A stretch of DNA of 14,507 nucleotides from a virus (IMGVR_UViG_2563366838_000011), one strand, 5' to 3'. Shown: positions 1-7,906, counted from the first letter of the stretch. Made by a program: numbers and translations. Notes: generated by a model from the letters alone, not told the origin.

Positions 1-1254
1 ATGCTGGAACAAATGGGCATTGCCGCGAAGCAAGCCTCGTATAAATTAGCGCAACTCTCCAGCCGCGAAAAAAATCGCGTGCTGGAAAAAATCGCCGATG
101 AACTGGAAGCACAAAGCGAAATCATCCTCAACGCTAACGCCCAGGATGTTGCTGACGCGCGAGCCAATGGCCTTAGCGAAGCGATGCTTGACCGTCTGGC
201 ACTGACGCCCGCACGGCTGAAAGGCATTGCCGACGATGTACGTCAGGTGTGCAACCTCGCCGATCCGGTGGGGCAGGTAATCGATGGCGGCGTACTGGAC
301 AGCGGCCTGCGTCTTGAGCGTCGTCGCGTACCGCTGGGGGTTATTGGCGTGATTTATGAAGCGCGCCCGAACGTGACGGTTGATGTCGCTTCGCTGTGCC
401 TGAAAACCGGTAATGCGGTGATCCTGCGCGGTGGCAAAGAAACGTGTCGCACTAACGCTGCAACGGTGGCGGTGATTCAGGACGCCCTGAAATCCTGCGG
501 CTTACCGGCGGGTGCCGTGCAGGCGATTGATAATCCTGACCGTGCGCTGGTCAGTGAAATGCTGCGTATGGATAAATACATCGACATGCTGATCCCGCGT
601 GGTGGCGCTGGTTTGCATAAACTGTGCCGTGAACAGTCGACAATCCCGGTGATCACAGGTGGTATAGGCGTATGCCATATTTACGTTGATGAAAGTGTAG
701 AGATCGCTGAAGCATTAAAAGTGATCGTCAACGCGAAAACTCAGCGTCCGAGCACATGTAATACGGTTGAAACGTTGCTGGTGAATAAAAACATCGCCGA
801 TAGCTTCCTGCCCGCATTAAGCAAACAAATGGCGGAAAGCGGCGTGACATTACACGCAGATGCAGCTGCACTGGCGCAGTTGCAGGCAGGCCCTGCGAAG
901 GTGGTTGCTGTTAAAGCCGAAGAGTATGACGATGAGTTTCTGTCATTAGATTTGAACGTCAAAATCGTCAGCGATCTTGACGATGCCATCGCCCATATTC
1001 GTGAACACGGCACACAACACTCCGATGCGATCCTGACCCGCGATATGCGCAACGCCCAGCGTTTTGTTAACGAAGTGGATTCGTCCGCTGTTTACGTTAA
1101 CGCCTCTACGCGTTTTACCGACGGCGGCCAGTTTGGTCTGGGTGCGGAAGTGGCGGTAAGCACACAAAAACTCCACGCGCGTGGCCCAATGGGGCTGGAA
1201 GCACTGACCACTTACAAGTGGATCGGCATTGGTGATTACACCATTCGTGCGTAA
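1..1254 (+). CDS. proA: gamma-glutamyl phosphate reductase (glutamate-5-semialdehyde dehydrogenase), complete
   Basis: 417-aa ORF from ATG at 1 to TAA at 1252-1254; translation ([16 protein letters not shown]...[12 protein letters not shown]) recognised from memory as enterobacterial ProA; followed by tRNA-Thr as in the E. coli proA-thrW locus. Confidence 0.95.
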
Positions 1255-1368
1255 ATAAAACCGGGTGATGCAAAAGTAGCCATTTGATTCACAAGGCCAT
1301 TGACGCATCGCCCGGTTAGTTTTAACCTTGCCCACCGTGATTCACGTTCGTGAACATGTCCTTTCAGG

Positions 1369-1444
1369 GCCGATATAGCTCAGTTGGTAGAGCAGCGCAT
1401 TCGTAATGCGAAGGTCGTAGGTTCGACTCCTATTATCGGCACCA
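1369..1444 (+). tRNA. thrW: tRNA-Thr (anticodon CGU), 76 nt with encoded CCA
   Basis: GCCGATATAGCTCAGTTGGTAGAGCAGCGCATTCGTAATGCGAAGGTCGTAGGTTCGACTCCTATTATCGGCACCA: acceptor stem GCCGATA/TATCGGC, D-arm with AGCTCAGTTGGTAGAGC, anticodon CGT in loop TTCGTAA, T-arm GGTTCGACTCC, terminal CCA; integrase gene immediately downstream. Confidence 0.92.
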
Positions 1445-1461
1445 TTCAAACATCTCCCCAA

Positions 1462-1545
1462 GTCTACTAAAGTCTTTCAAAACCCCTTATAATCCGCGTA
1501 TTAAAGCCCCGTTCGTCTTTTGACGTCTACTAAAGTCCCTCAAAA
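1462..1545 (+). promoter_or_regulatory. att-proximal imperfect direct repeats GTCTACTAAAGTC(yyy)TCAAAA (1462-1482 and 1525-1545); candidate integrase arm-type or regulatory sites
   Basis: two copies of a 21-bp motif with a perfect 13-bp core GTCTACTAAAGTC, spaced 63 bp apart, between the tRNA 3' end and the integrase start. Confidence 0.35.
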
Positions 1546-1556
1546 TCTACGGTCAG

Positions 1557-1580
1557 ATGGGGGTACTTATGGGGGTATTT
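1557..1580 (+). repeat. tandem direct repeat ATGGGGGTACTT / ATGGGGGTATTT just upstream of the integrase RBS
   Basis: two adjacent 12-bp copies differing at one base; function unknown (possible protein-binding site in the int promoter region). Confidence 0.3.
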
Positions 1581-1609
1581 GCTGTTCGGTTTAGTGGAGG
1601 TACCCCCAA

Positions 1610-2824
1610 GTGAAACTCAATGCCCGTCAAATAGACACAGCCAAGCCAAAAGAGAAGGCTTACAAGCTGGCCGATGGTGGCGGTTTGTATCTCTTGGTAA
1701 AACCTAATGGAGGTAAATACTGGCGACTTAAATATCGTGTAGATGGTAAAGAGAAGCTATTGGCACTAGGTGTGTATCCTGAGGTTACTCTAGCCGATGC
1801 TCGGGCAAAACGTGAAGATGCGAAAAGAGGTATCGCTGGTGGTATCGATCCGATGGAAGCGAAACGAGAGGAAAAGATTGCCCGGGAAACGCAGTTAAAC
1901 AACACCTTCAAAGATATTGCCCTTGAGTGGCACAGCAGCAAATTAAAAAAATGGTCTGCTGGTTATGCTTCAGACATCCTCGAAGCCTTCAACAAAGATG
2001 TGTTCCCTTACATTGGCAAAAAACCAATCGCCGAAATCAAACCACTTGAACTTCTGAATGTGCTGCGGCGCATCGAGGGGCGCGGTGCTACAGAAAAAGC
2101 CAAAAAAGTGAGGCAGCGGTGCGGGGAAGTTTTCCGCTATGCAATAGTCACTGGTCGCGCAGAGTATAACCCTGCACCAGACCTTACTAGCGCGATGCAA
2201 GGCCATGAATCTAATCATTACCCTTTCCTTACAGCTAAAGAATTACCTGATTTTTTCAAGGCATTGTCCAGTTACTCAGGAAGCGCATTGGTTGTTATGG
2301 CGGCTCGTCTACTGATTATCACCGGCTTGCGGACTGGCGAACTACGTGGCGCATTATGGGATGAAATTGATTTCAACAAGGCTATCTGGGAGATACCCGC
2401 TTCACGTATGAAAATGCGGCGGCCTCATATTGTGCCATTGTCTGATCAGGCTCTTTCGCTTATTGGGAAGATTAGAGAAATAACAGGCAATTACCCTCTT
2501 ATGTTTCCCGGGCGCAATGATCCAAGGAAAACAATGAGTGAGGCCAGCATAAACCAAGTGTTTAAGCGCATTGGCTACGCTGGACGTGTAACTGGTCATG
2601 GGTTCCGGCACACTATGAGTACGATTTTGCATGAGCAGGGCTATAACACCGCGTGGATAGAAACGCAGCTCGCTCACGTTGATAAGAACTCAATTCGTGG
2701 CACATACAACCATGCGCAATATCTGGATGGAAGGCGGGAGATGCTTCAATGGTATGCCGACTATATGGATTCTCTCGAGCATGGCGGAAATGTGGTGCAT
2801 ATGGTGTTTGAAAAACACGCATGA
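1610..2824 (+). CDS. int: site-specific tyrosine recombinase, P4-type phage integrase
   Basis: 404-aa ORF with GTG start at 1610 preceded by GTGGAGG (1594-1600); N-terminal arm-binding-type region (AKPKEKAYKLADGGGLYLLVKPNGGKYWRLKYR), C-terminal catalytic region with HGFRHT and RGTYNHAQY motifs; placed directly beside a tRNA gene. Confidence 0.9.
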   Translation: MKLNARQIDTAKPKEKAYKLADGGGLYLLVKPNGGKYWRLKYRVDGKEKLLALGVYPEVTLADARAKREDAKRGIAGGIDPMEAKREEKIARETQLNNTFKDIALEWHSSKLKKWSAGYASDILEAFNKDVFPYIGKKPIAEIKPLELLNVLRRIEGRGATEKAKKVRQRCGEVFRYAIVTGRAEYNPAPDLTSAMQGHESNHYPFLTAKELPDFFKALSSYSGSALVVMAARLLIITGLRTGELRGALWDEIDFNKAIWEIPASRMKMRRPHIVPLSDQALSLIGKIREITGNYPLMFPGRNDPRKTMSEASINQVFKRIGYAGRVTGHGFRHTMSTILHEQGYNTAWIETQLAHVDKNSIRGTYNHAQYLDGRREMLQWYADYMDSLEHGGNVVHMVFEKHA

Positions 2825-2887
2825 AACAACTGGACAAGTATACAGAGGTTTACTAAAGTATAGGGGAGTAGATTGATAAAAACTCAC

Positions 2888-2937
2888 AGAGGATTGCTAT
2901 TTAACAGTTAGCCCTGGAGAAGGGCAATCGCTCTTTT
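2888..2937 (+). terminator. possible intrinsic terminator after int (imperfect stem AGAGGATTGC / GCAATCGCTCT followed by TTTT)
   Basis: about 10-bp imperfect stem with one bulge and a 26-nt loop containing an inner CCCT/AGGG hairpin, followed by TTTTAT; weak by sequence alone. Confidence 0.3.
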
Positions 2938-2967
2938 ATAAACGAAGGTGTATTGAGCCTTCTACGT

Positions 2968-3032
2968 CGCTGACAAAGCGGAATGTTCTTTAACAGGCTT
3001 TGGCGCTGACAAAGCGCAATTGTTCTTTAAAA
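2968..3032 (+). promoter_or_regulatory. 28-bp imperfect direct repeats CGCTGACAAAGCG-(G)AAT(T)-GTTCTTTAA (2968-2995 and 3004-3032); candidate operator sites in the int-alpA spacer
   Basis: two copies 36 bp apart, each with an internal CGCT/AGCG dyad; lie in the 428-bp non-coding spacer upstream of alpA. Confidence 0.4.
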
Positions 3033-3131
3033 CTACTGGATGTCACGCCTAATAGCGTGATCCTGCCGAAATGCAGGGTAGCTCTACCCTTGTGGAGCGA
3101 ACAAACCAAAACAATCTGACTATCTTTTATA

Positions 3132-3166
3132 AAAGACCGCAATATGTTTTTCATATTGTGGTCTTT
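3132..3166 (+). promoter_or_regulatory. 15-bp inverted repeat AAAGACCGCAATATG-TTTTT-CATATTGTGGTCTTT (one mismatch); candidate operator or RNA hairpin upstream of alpA
   Basis: near-perfect dyad with a 5-nt T spacer, about 90 bp upstream of the alpA start; not followed by a T-run, so not called a terminator. Confidence 0.35.
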
Positions 3167-3252
3167 GGCGTATTCGACATTTGACGCAAATAAAACTCTC
3201 GCCATTCGTTGCAGGAGGGGGTTATTGCGTCATTAGTACAGGATATTAATAA

Positions 3253-3456
3253 ATGGCTAATTACAATTCATTAATTCGTCTCTCTGAAGTTCAAAGGCGA
3301 ACTGGTTATAGCAAAGCATGGATTTATCGTCTTATTAGTCAGGGGAGGTTCCCTAAACAGGTAAAAATTGGAAGTCGGGCAATTGCTTTTGTTGAGTCTG
3401 AAATAGATGAATGGATTGAGAAGTGTATATTAGAATCTAGAGACGAGGTGGCCTGA
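3253..3456 (+). CDS. alpA: AlpA-family phage transcriptional regulator (small HTH DNA-binding protein)
   Basis: 67-aa ORF with AGGA 9 nt upstream; sequence LIRLSEVQRRTGYSKAWIYRLISQGRFPKQVKIGSRAIAFVESEIDEWI matches the AlpA/prophage CP4-57 regulator pattern; sits second after int as in P4-like islands and PICIs. Confidence 0.85.
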   Translation: MANYNSLIRLSEVQRRTGYSKAWIYRLISQGRFPKQVKIGSRAIAFVESEIDEWIEKCILESRDEVA

Positions 3457-3887
3457 TGGAAAAGAAAAACCGCCCATTACAGGCGGCTAATTCAGATATT
3501 CGTGTATCTGATGTTACGCCCCTTACAAAATCCCTTCAAGCACCAAAGCGCACACCGAAAAAGCATCGTGCCAGAGTCTATATGCTGCGTACTGGTATAG
3601 AGGGATGGACAGAAAATGACATTCTTCGCTACTGCCGTCTGTCTTCTGGTCGTAACTATGCAACAGAGTTAGAACGCCAGCTTGGAATCACTCTGGAGCG
3701 TATCGACGAAAAGAATCCTGATGGTATCGGAACACACCTTCGCTACCGTTTCTCCTGCCGTGGTGATGTTCTGAAAGTGATCACTCATATTAACCATCTT
3801 GCGAACATAAATGATCACAACGGACTTTCTCAGCAGGAAATTGCCGACATTCTGAAACTCTACCCGGACGCGTTTAACGCCGCCTAA
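3456..3887 (+). CDS. hypothetical protein, basic N-terminus, possible DNA-binding protein
   Basis: 143-aa ORF translationally coupled to alpA (TGATG overlap); Lys/Arg-rich N-terminal segment (PKRTPKKHRAR); no family recognised. Confidence 0.6.
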   Translation: MEKKNRPLQAANSDIRVSDVTPLTKSLQAPKRTPKKHRARVYMLRTGIEGWTENDILRYCRLSSGRNYATELERQLGITLERIDEKNPDGIGTHLRYRFSCRGDVLKVITHINHLANINDHNGLSQQEIADILKLYPDAFNAA

Positions 3888-3899
3888 CGGAGACTGAAA

Positions 3900-4733
3900 A
3901 TGAACATCGAAAAAAGCAGATTAATTTCTGAGGCCGCCCCTCATCTGAACGCCTCTCTGGGCACAATTAACGGTAATGAATTTGCCGCAATTGTCCCGGT
4001 TATTCCAGGTCACATCGGTGGGCGTGAAACCAATATTGTTAGCGCAAAAGCGTTACACAAAGCGTTGGGCGTGGGAAAAGACTTCTCTACATGGATCACT
4101 GATCGCATCTCTGAATATGACTTCACCATTGGGCACGATTACTCAGTCCATAAAACAATTTCCCCAAATTTGGGGAAAAGCCCGAATGGCACGGCTTACA
4201 GCAAGATTAAGCAGTCTGGCAGACCCGGCAAAGACTATCTGTTAAGTGTCGGAATGGCGAAAGAGCTGGCAATGATCGAACGCAATGATCAGGGTCGCGC
4301 TATCCGTCGTTATTTCATCCAGTGCGAGGAAGAATTACAGCGTAGCGTGCCTGAAATCGCCGCCCGCTATCGTCGCCAGCTAAAAGCCCGTATCAGTGCC
4401 GCAAACAACTTTAAGCCAATGTGCGATGCGCTGAATATGGCCCGTGCCGAGCAGGGGAAAACGACGCAGCAACACCACTACACAAACGAGAGCAATATGA
4501 TTTCTCGTATCGTTCTTGGAGGGCTAACTGCTAAGCAGTGGGCGCGGATAAATGGCTATTCTGGCGAACCTCGCGACCATATGAACGCAGAACAGCTTGA
4601 GCACCTCTCATATCTCGAAAGCACCAATATCACGTTAATTGATATGGGCATGGAATATGAGCAGCGCAAAGGAGAACTCACCCGCCTGTCGCAACGCTGG
4701 CTCGCCAAGCGTCTGGAGGCGGTCCATGTTTAA
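3900..4733 (+). CDS. phage antirepressor-like protein (AntA/Rha-type N-terminal domain)
   Basis: 277-aa ORF with GGAG 7 nt upstream; N-terminal motif SAKALHKALGVGKDFSTWITDRISEYDFTIGHDY resembles the conserved core of phage antirepressor (AntA/Rha) domains; assignment from motif memory only. Confidence 0.55.
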   Translation: MNIEKSRLISEAAPHLNASLGTINGNEFAAIVPVIPGHIGGRETNIVSAKALHKALGVGKDFSTWITDRISEYDFTIGHDYSVHKTISPNLGKSPNGTAYSKIKQSGRPGKDYLLSVGMAKELAMIERNDQGRAIRRYFIQCEEELQRSVPEIAARYRRQLKARISAANNFKPMCDALNMARAEQGKTTQQHHYTNESNMISRIVLGGLTAKQWARINGYSGEPRDHMNAEQLEHLSYLESTNITLIDMGMEYEQRKGELTRLSQRWLAKRLEAVHV

Positions 4734-4908
4734 GCCGACAGGAACACCACAACCTCAAAAACGCTACAAAGATGCCCACGGAGCACTCGTTACTGTCGAA
4801 AGCGTGTCTCACAACCGAGTGACGTTTTATCGCGACGGGTATCAATCGCCATGCGTACAACCGCTGGCGCGCTTCATGAAGGAGTTCGCGGAGGTTAACA
4901 AATGCTAA
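4726..4908 (+). CDS. small phage protein, DUF4222-like
   Basis: 60-aa ORF from ATG at 4726 with GGAGG 6 nt upstream, overlapping the upstream stop; pattern RYKDAHGALVTVESVSHNRVTFYRDGYQSPCVQPLARFMKEFAEV resembles small prophage proteins of the DUF4222 type (from memory). Confidence 0.5.
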   Translation: MFKPTGTPQPQKRYKDAHGALVTVESVSHNRVTFYRDGYQSPCVQPLARFMKEFAEVNKC

Positions 4909-5930
4909 CCGTCCAGAAGAAGATATTTTCACTGACTGCTATGTCGCAAAAATCCAGCAATATGACAGCAAAGTCTGGCATTAATACAGCAGATACAAGC
5001 AAAGCTTATCATTTTATGGTGGTAGGAGCGGATGCCTTAACTATGTCAGAAATTACGGTCGATGGTGTTAGCGTTGAGAAGGTCAGCGGCTGCGCCAGAG
5101 AATTTCTGGTCGTAGATGACCTGTTCTGCTCGCGTAGTGACTCCACAAAAATCTTCGTCCGCACGCGCGACGTTAACGAAATGAGCGCGATGTACTGTGC
5201 CTCTGGTTCTTCCAATAGTGAGTTTTCGGAGTCCATAAAAAAGAGCTTGCCGTTATGCGGCAACACGGTTTATGGTTATAAGGCACCTCATAAAACGGGT
5301 GCCGGGATTAGGACCCCGCAGGCAATCGAGGCGATACATGACGCGCCAGCGTCTTTTTTTGTATCGGCGCACACGCACACCTTATCAATGGTGGGCTGTA
5401 TGGGGCTGACTTCGGTCAGGCTGGTTTCCTTGATTGCCAGTAGTCCTAACCCTGTACAGTCCACCGCCAGCGAGCTTAGGACCTCCGGCGGTGGCTATAA
5501 ACCATCAATCAAGGAGGCTGCCACATGCTGGCTACTACCCCTACCCAAAAACCGCAATTTATCTGGATTATCGCCGCAGTTCGCCGCGATTGCCCGACAA
5601 TTACCGCCAAAATTCATCATATTGCTGCCGAGTCTGAACGCGATGCTCGCCGTTCTCTGGTGCGCGATCACATCTGCTTTTTTGCTGGTCGTATCCGCAT
5701 GGAGGTGGCACATGATTAAAACCTACGATGTGCATATGGATCCCCTCGAACGCACAAGCCAGATCATCACACTGACAGAAGTGATTAACGACATTCTGGT
5801 GAGCAACTCTCCCTCACGAGACGAAAGACTGAAGGCGTTACTCGCGATATTGGATCTCGCCGTTCGTGACGTTCATTTCCTGCTGGAAGGTGGACAAATG
5901 CCATGCAAAACGGGGGCAACCAATGAATAA
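4902..5930 (+). CDS. uncertain long ORF (342 codons); N-terminal about 125 codons protein-like, remainder of doubtful coding character
   Basis: ATG at 4902 overlaps the upstream stop (ATGCTAA) with GGAGG 9 nt upstream; the frame stays open for 1029 nt, but 5280-5520 translates to low-complexity S/T/P/L-rich sequence and contains hairpins and a terminator-like structure; the last 72 codons (from ATG 5712) look protein-like again. Confidence 0.3.
   Translation: MLTVQKKIFSLTAMSQKSSNMTAKSGINTADTSKAYHFMVVGADALTMSEITVDGVSVEKVSGCAREFLVVDDLFCSRSDSTKIFVRTRDVNEMSAMYCASGSSNSEFSESIKKSLPLCGNTVYGYKAPHKTGAGIRTPQAIEAIHDAPASFFVSAHTHTLSMVGCMGLTSVRLVSLIASSPNPVQSTASELRTSGGGYKPSIKEAATCWLLPLPKNRNLSGLSPQFAAIARQLPPKFIILLPSLNAMLAVLWCAITSAFLLVVSAWRWHMIKTYDVHMDPLERTSQIITLTEVINDILVSNSPSRDERLKALLAILDLAVRDVHFLLEGGQMPCKTGATNE
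5340..5360 (+). terminator. terminator-like hairpin GACGC-GCCA-GCGTC followed by TTTTTTT, inside the long ORF
   Basis: 5-bp GC-rich stem, 4-nt loop, 7-T run at 5354-5360; a UUCG-tetraloop hairpin (CTGAC-TTCG-GTCAG, 5405-5418) and an 8-bp dyad (CCACCGCC...GGCGGTGG, 5461-5494) lie just downstream. Confidence 0.3.
5525..5719 (+). CDS. hypothetical small protein, alternative frame nested in the long ORF
   Basis: 64-aa ORF with strong SD (AAGGAGG) 7 nt upstream of ATG 5525; translation ([22 protein letters not shown]...RIRMEVAHD) is more protein-like than the overlapping frame of the long ORF. Confidence 0.35.
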   Translation: MLATTPTQKPQFIWIIAAVRRDCPTITAKIHHIAAESERDARRSLVRDHICFFAGRIRMEVAHD

Positions 5931-6117
5931 CTCAATTAATACCCCTCGCCTTACGTCCGCACTTCAATTAATCGAGCAAGCAGCGGCTGTCCTGGTTGCT
6001 GTCAGTCTTTCGGCTGAAGAAATGGACGCTGCTGATGTCGTGGATGCGATTAAAGCGTGCTCATCTTTGGTTAACGATGCCCGTGCCGAGCTGGTAATTC
6101 TTGGGGGTGAAAAATGA
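5923..6117 (+). CDS. hypothetical small protein (64 aa)
   Basis: ATG at 5923 overlapping the upstream stop (ATGAATAA); in frame with the track ORF 5866-6117; first gene of a coupled small-gene operon. Confidence 0.5.
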   Translation: MNNSINTPRLTSALQLIEQAAAVLVAVSLSAEEMDAADVVDAIKACSSLVNDARAELVILGGEK

Positions 6118-6377
6118 ATATCAACTTAATTTATCGTCATCCGTGTGAGCTGGAAATTGAATCATTGCTGGGGCGCGAAGAGCCATATCCAGACACATTC
6201 ACTCCCGCAGATTGCGCGACTGAACGGCTTACCAGAGCGCGCACAGGTCTGGTTCATGTGATGAATGAGATTGTTCCCTCGGTGGGAGGGGAACAGGCGA
6301 CAGTAATCAATAGCTGGCTACAAAAAGTTACCTCCCTGATAGATATCGGTTTAATCGATGTGGAGAGTGCGAAATGA
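6114..6377 (+). CDS. hypothetical protein (87 aa)
   Basis: ATGA start/stop overlap with the upstream gene, GGGGTG upstream; no family recognised. Confidence 0.55.
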   Translation: MNINLIYRHPCELEIESLLGREEPYPDTFTPADCATERLTRARTGLVHVMNEIVPSVGGEQATVINSWLQKVTSLIDIGLIDVESAK

Positions 6378-6595
6378 CCAACATCCAGCTCATTGAAGCG
6401 CAATGTCGCATCGAACAGGTTCAGACTGTTTTAGGGTTCTGGCTTGAAGGGGCCAGCCCCAGCAACAGAGACAAGTTAATGATTGGCGCGGTTATGTCAC
6501 TGCTCAATGGCGTACCAGAAGCTATTCAGGAAGCGGACGAATTGTTGGGCAAATATGAGTTACAGAATCATTCAGGCGAGGCGAAACATGAATAA
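6374..6595 (+). CDS. hypothetical protein (73 aa)
   Basis: ATGA overlap with the upstream gene, GGAGAG upstream; no family recognised. Confidence 0.55.
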   Translation: MTNIQLIEAQCRIEQVQTVLGFWLEGASPSNRDKLMIGAVMSLLNGVPEAIQEADELLGKYELQNHSGEAKHE

Positions 6596-7190
6596 TTTCT
6601 TAACTTTCCATGCAGAAGCAACGCCTGACGGCGTAAACATCATGTACCGCAGCAACGATGGCATGACAGAACGCGTTGAGACCGTCTCATATATTGATGC
6701 CGTAAATCGTCTGGATGCCGGGGATTATGACGATAAACCAGATGAAGGCATGTTTATACATCTCGCTATTGCCAGTGGCGGCAACCAGGGATATTTCGAT
6801 TACACATCACAGCATCACGTGATTATGTGGCGCTGGCTGATAGCAACAGCATTCATCAATGAAATGAGAAAGGAAAACGGCACTGTCAGCATCATTGATG
6901 ATACTGGCAATCCTTCCGAAGTGGCTGTTTATTCCAACGGCATCGTCGCCATGCCGCTGTATCCAGTAGCAGAGCGCCTCGCTATGGCAAACAACATTGA
7001 GGGCGCGATGATAGAACGTTTTGGCATCGAGTCTGGCACAGAACGCGCCATCATTTTCTACAGAGCCATGATGGATGTGGAACAAGGAGCACTGACTCCA
7101 TTTGGTCGTGAAACGCTTGCTGAACTTCACAACAGCTTTATAGCTGAACTGAATGAAAACGGCATGCCAGCGGAACCAGTGACGCACTGA
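6588..7190 (+). CDS. hypothetical protein (200 aa)
   Basis: ATG at 6588 overlapping the upstream stop by 8 nt, GAGG upstream; in frame with the track ORF 6483-7190, whose upstream extension would overlap the previous gene extensively; no family recognised. Confidence 0.6.
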   Translation: MNNFLTFHAEATPDGVNIMYRSNDGMTERVETVSYIDAVNRLDAGDYDDKPDEGMFIHLAIASGGNQGYFDYTSQHHVIMWRWLIATAFINEMRKENGTVSIIDDTGNPSEVAVYSNGIVAMPLYPVAERLAMANNIEGAMIERFGIESGTERAIIFYRAMMDVEQGALTPFGRETLAELHNSFIAELNENGMPAEPVTH

Positions 7191-7200
7191 GGATGGAGCC

Positions 7201-7542
7201 ATGATTACTAAAAATTTCCGACTGAATGCGCTGGCAAATAAGTATGCGTCAGCACTGTATAACCACATTACCTCCACCAGCGGCGGGGACTATTTCATGA
7301 TTGATGCGGACGGAGAGGCCGTCCGTGTGGAAATCGTCAATGGAGTAAAAGGCGTTCGCAGCCTGATCGATAGTTACGCACTGGCAGCCATGAAAGTGTT
7401 CTACCCGCAGTGGGAAACCGTGGGGATCGAGCTTCTTGATCGTTGCGTCACTAAGGACAGATTGACTGACGTCGGGCGTGAGATATGGCAAAGCATGGTT
7501 AATGACATGGGCGCAACTGTAGCGGGAGGTTCTCATGCGTGA
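7201..7542 (+). CDS. hypothetical protein (113 aa)
   Basis: ATG at 7201 with GAGGATGGAG upstream, 10 nt after the upstream stop; no family recognised. Confidence 0.6.
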   Translation: MITKNFRLNALANKYASALYNHITSTSGGDYFMIDADGEAVRVEIVNGVKGVRSLIDSYALAAMKVFYPQWETVGIELLDRCVTKDRLTDVGREIWQSMVNDMGATVAGGSHA

Positions 7543-7906
7543 AAATGTAGAAATGGCGCTTAGCTCCGCAATCGGAGAGCAGGTGGCAAAGATTGCTGGT
7601 GCTGTGTGGATTCATAACCTTCATTCTACTGGTGAAGAGAAAATGGCAATTCAGACGCCAGAGGGACGCACCATTACTACATCTCTGAAGCCGTCAGATG
7701 TTTGTGATCTGATTTGCGCATTCATGTACCCAGCAATGAGGACTGTCCACGGCGATAAGTGGAAACTTGCGACAACCGCTGAATTTGATATGTGGCTAAA
7801 CAATGATGGCATGCTGACTGATTACGGAATAACCAAGTGGCAGATGCTAGTTAGCCATATCGCAAACGCTATAGACCACGTGGGGTACGGTGATGCGAAA
7901 CATTGA
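7535..7906 (+). CDS. hypothetical protein (123 aa)
   Basis: ATG at 7535 with GGGAGG upstream, overlaps the upstream stop by 8 nt and the primase start; no family recognised. Confidence 0.6.
   Translation: MRENVEMALSSAIGEQVAKIAGAVWIHNLHSTGEEKMAIQTPEGRTITTSLKPSDVCDLICAFMYPAMRTVHGDKWKLATTAEFDMWLNNDGMLTDYGITKWQMLVSHIANAIDHVGYGDAKH

Noticed and set aside
741-1335. Minus-strand ORFs 741-1052 and 946-1335 overlapping proA
   Set aside because: Antisense shadow ORFs inside a well-recognised, complete proA; low-complexity translations and no start signals.
1257-1354. Long-loop dyad (AAAACCGGGTGATG...CATCGCCCGGTT) after proA and palindrome TTCACG-TT-CGTGAA (1341-1354) before the tRNA
   Set aside because: Probably the native proA terminator and thrW promoter region of the core genome; the loop is too long and the T-run too poor to call a terminator confidently, and there is nothing island-specific.
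2990-3205. Minus-strand 71-codon ORF in the int-alpA spacer
   Set aside because: Lies across the repeat and dyad structures, has no convincing RBS, and all surrounding genes are on the + strand; more likely regulatory DNA than coding.
3976-4245. Nested + strand ORF inside the antirepressor-like gene
   Set aside because: Alternative frame fully embedded in a longer, better-supported gene; no independent start signals.
5712-5930. Possible independent 72-codon gene ([17 protein letters not shown]...) with GGAGG upstream
   Set aside because: Not listed as a separate feature because it is in the same frame as the long ORF 4902-5930 and cannot be separated from it by sequence alone; discussed under that finding.
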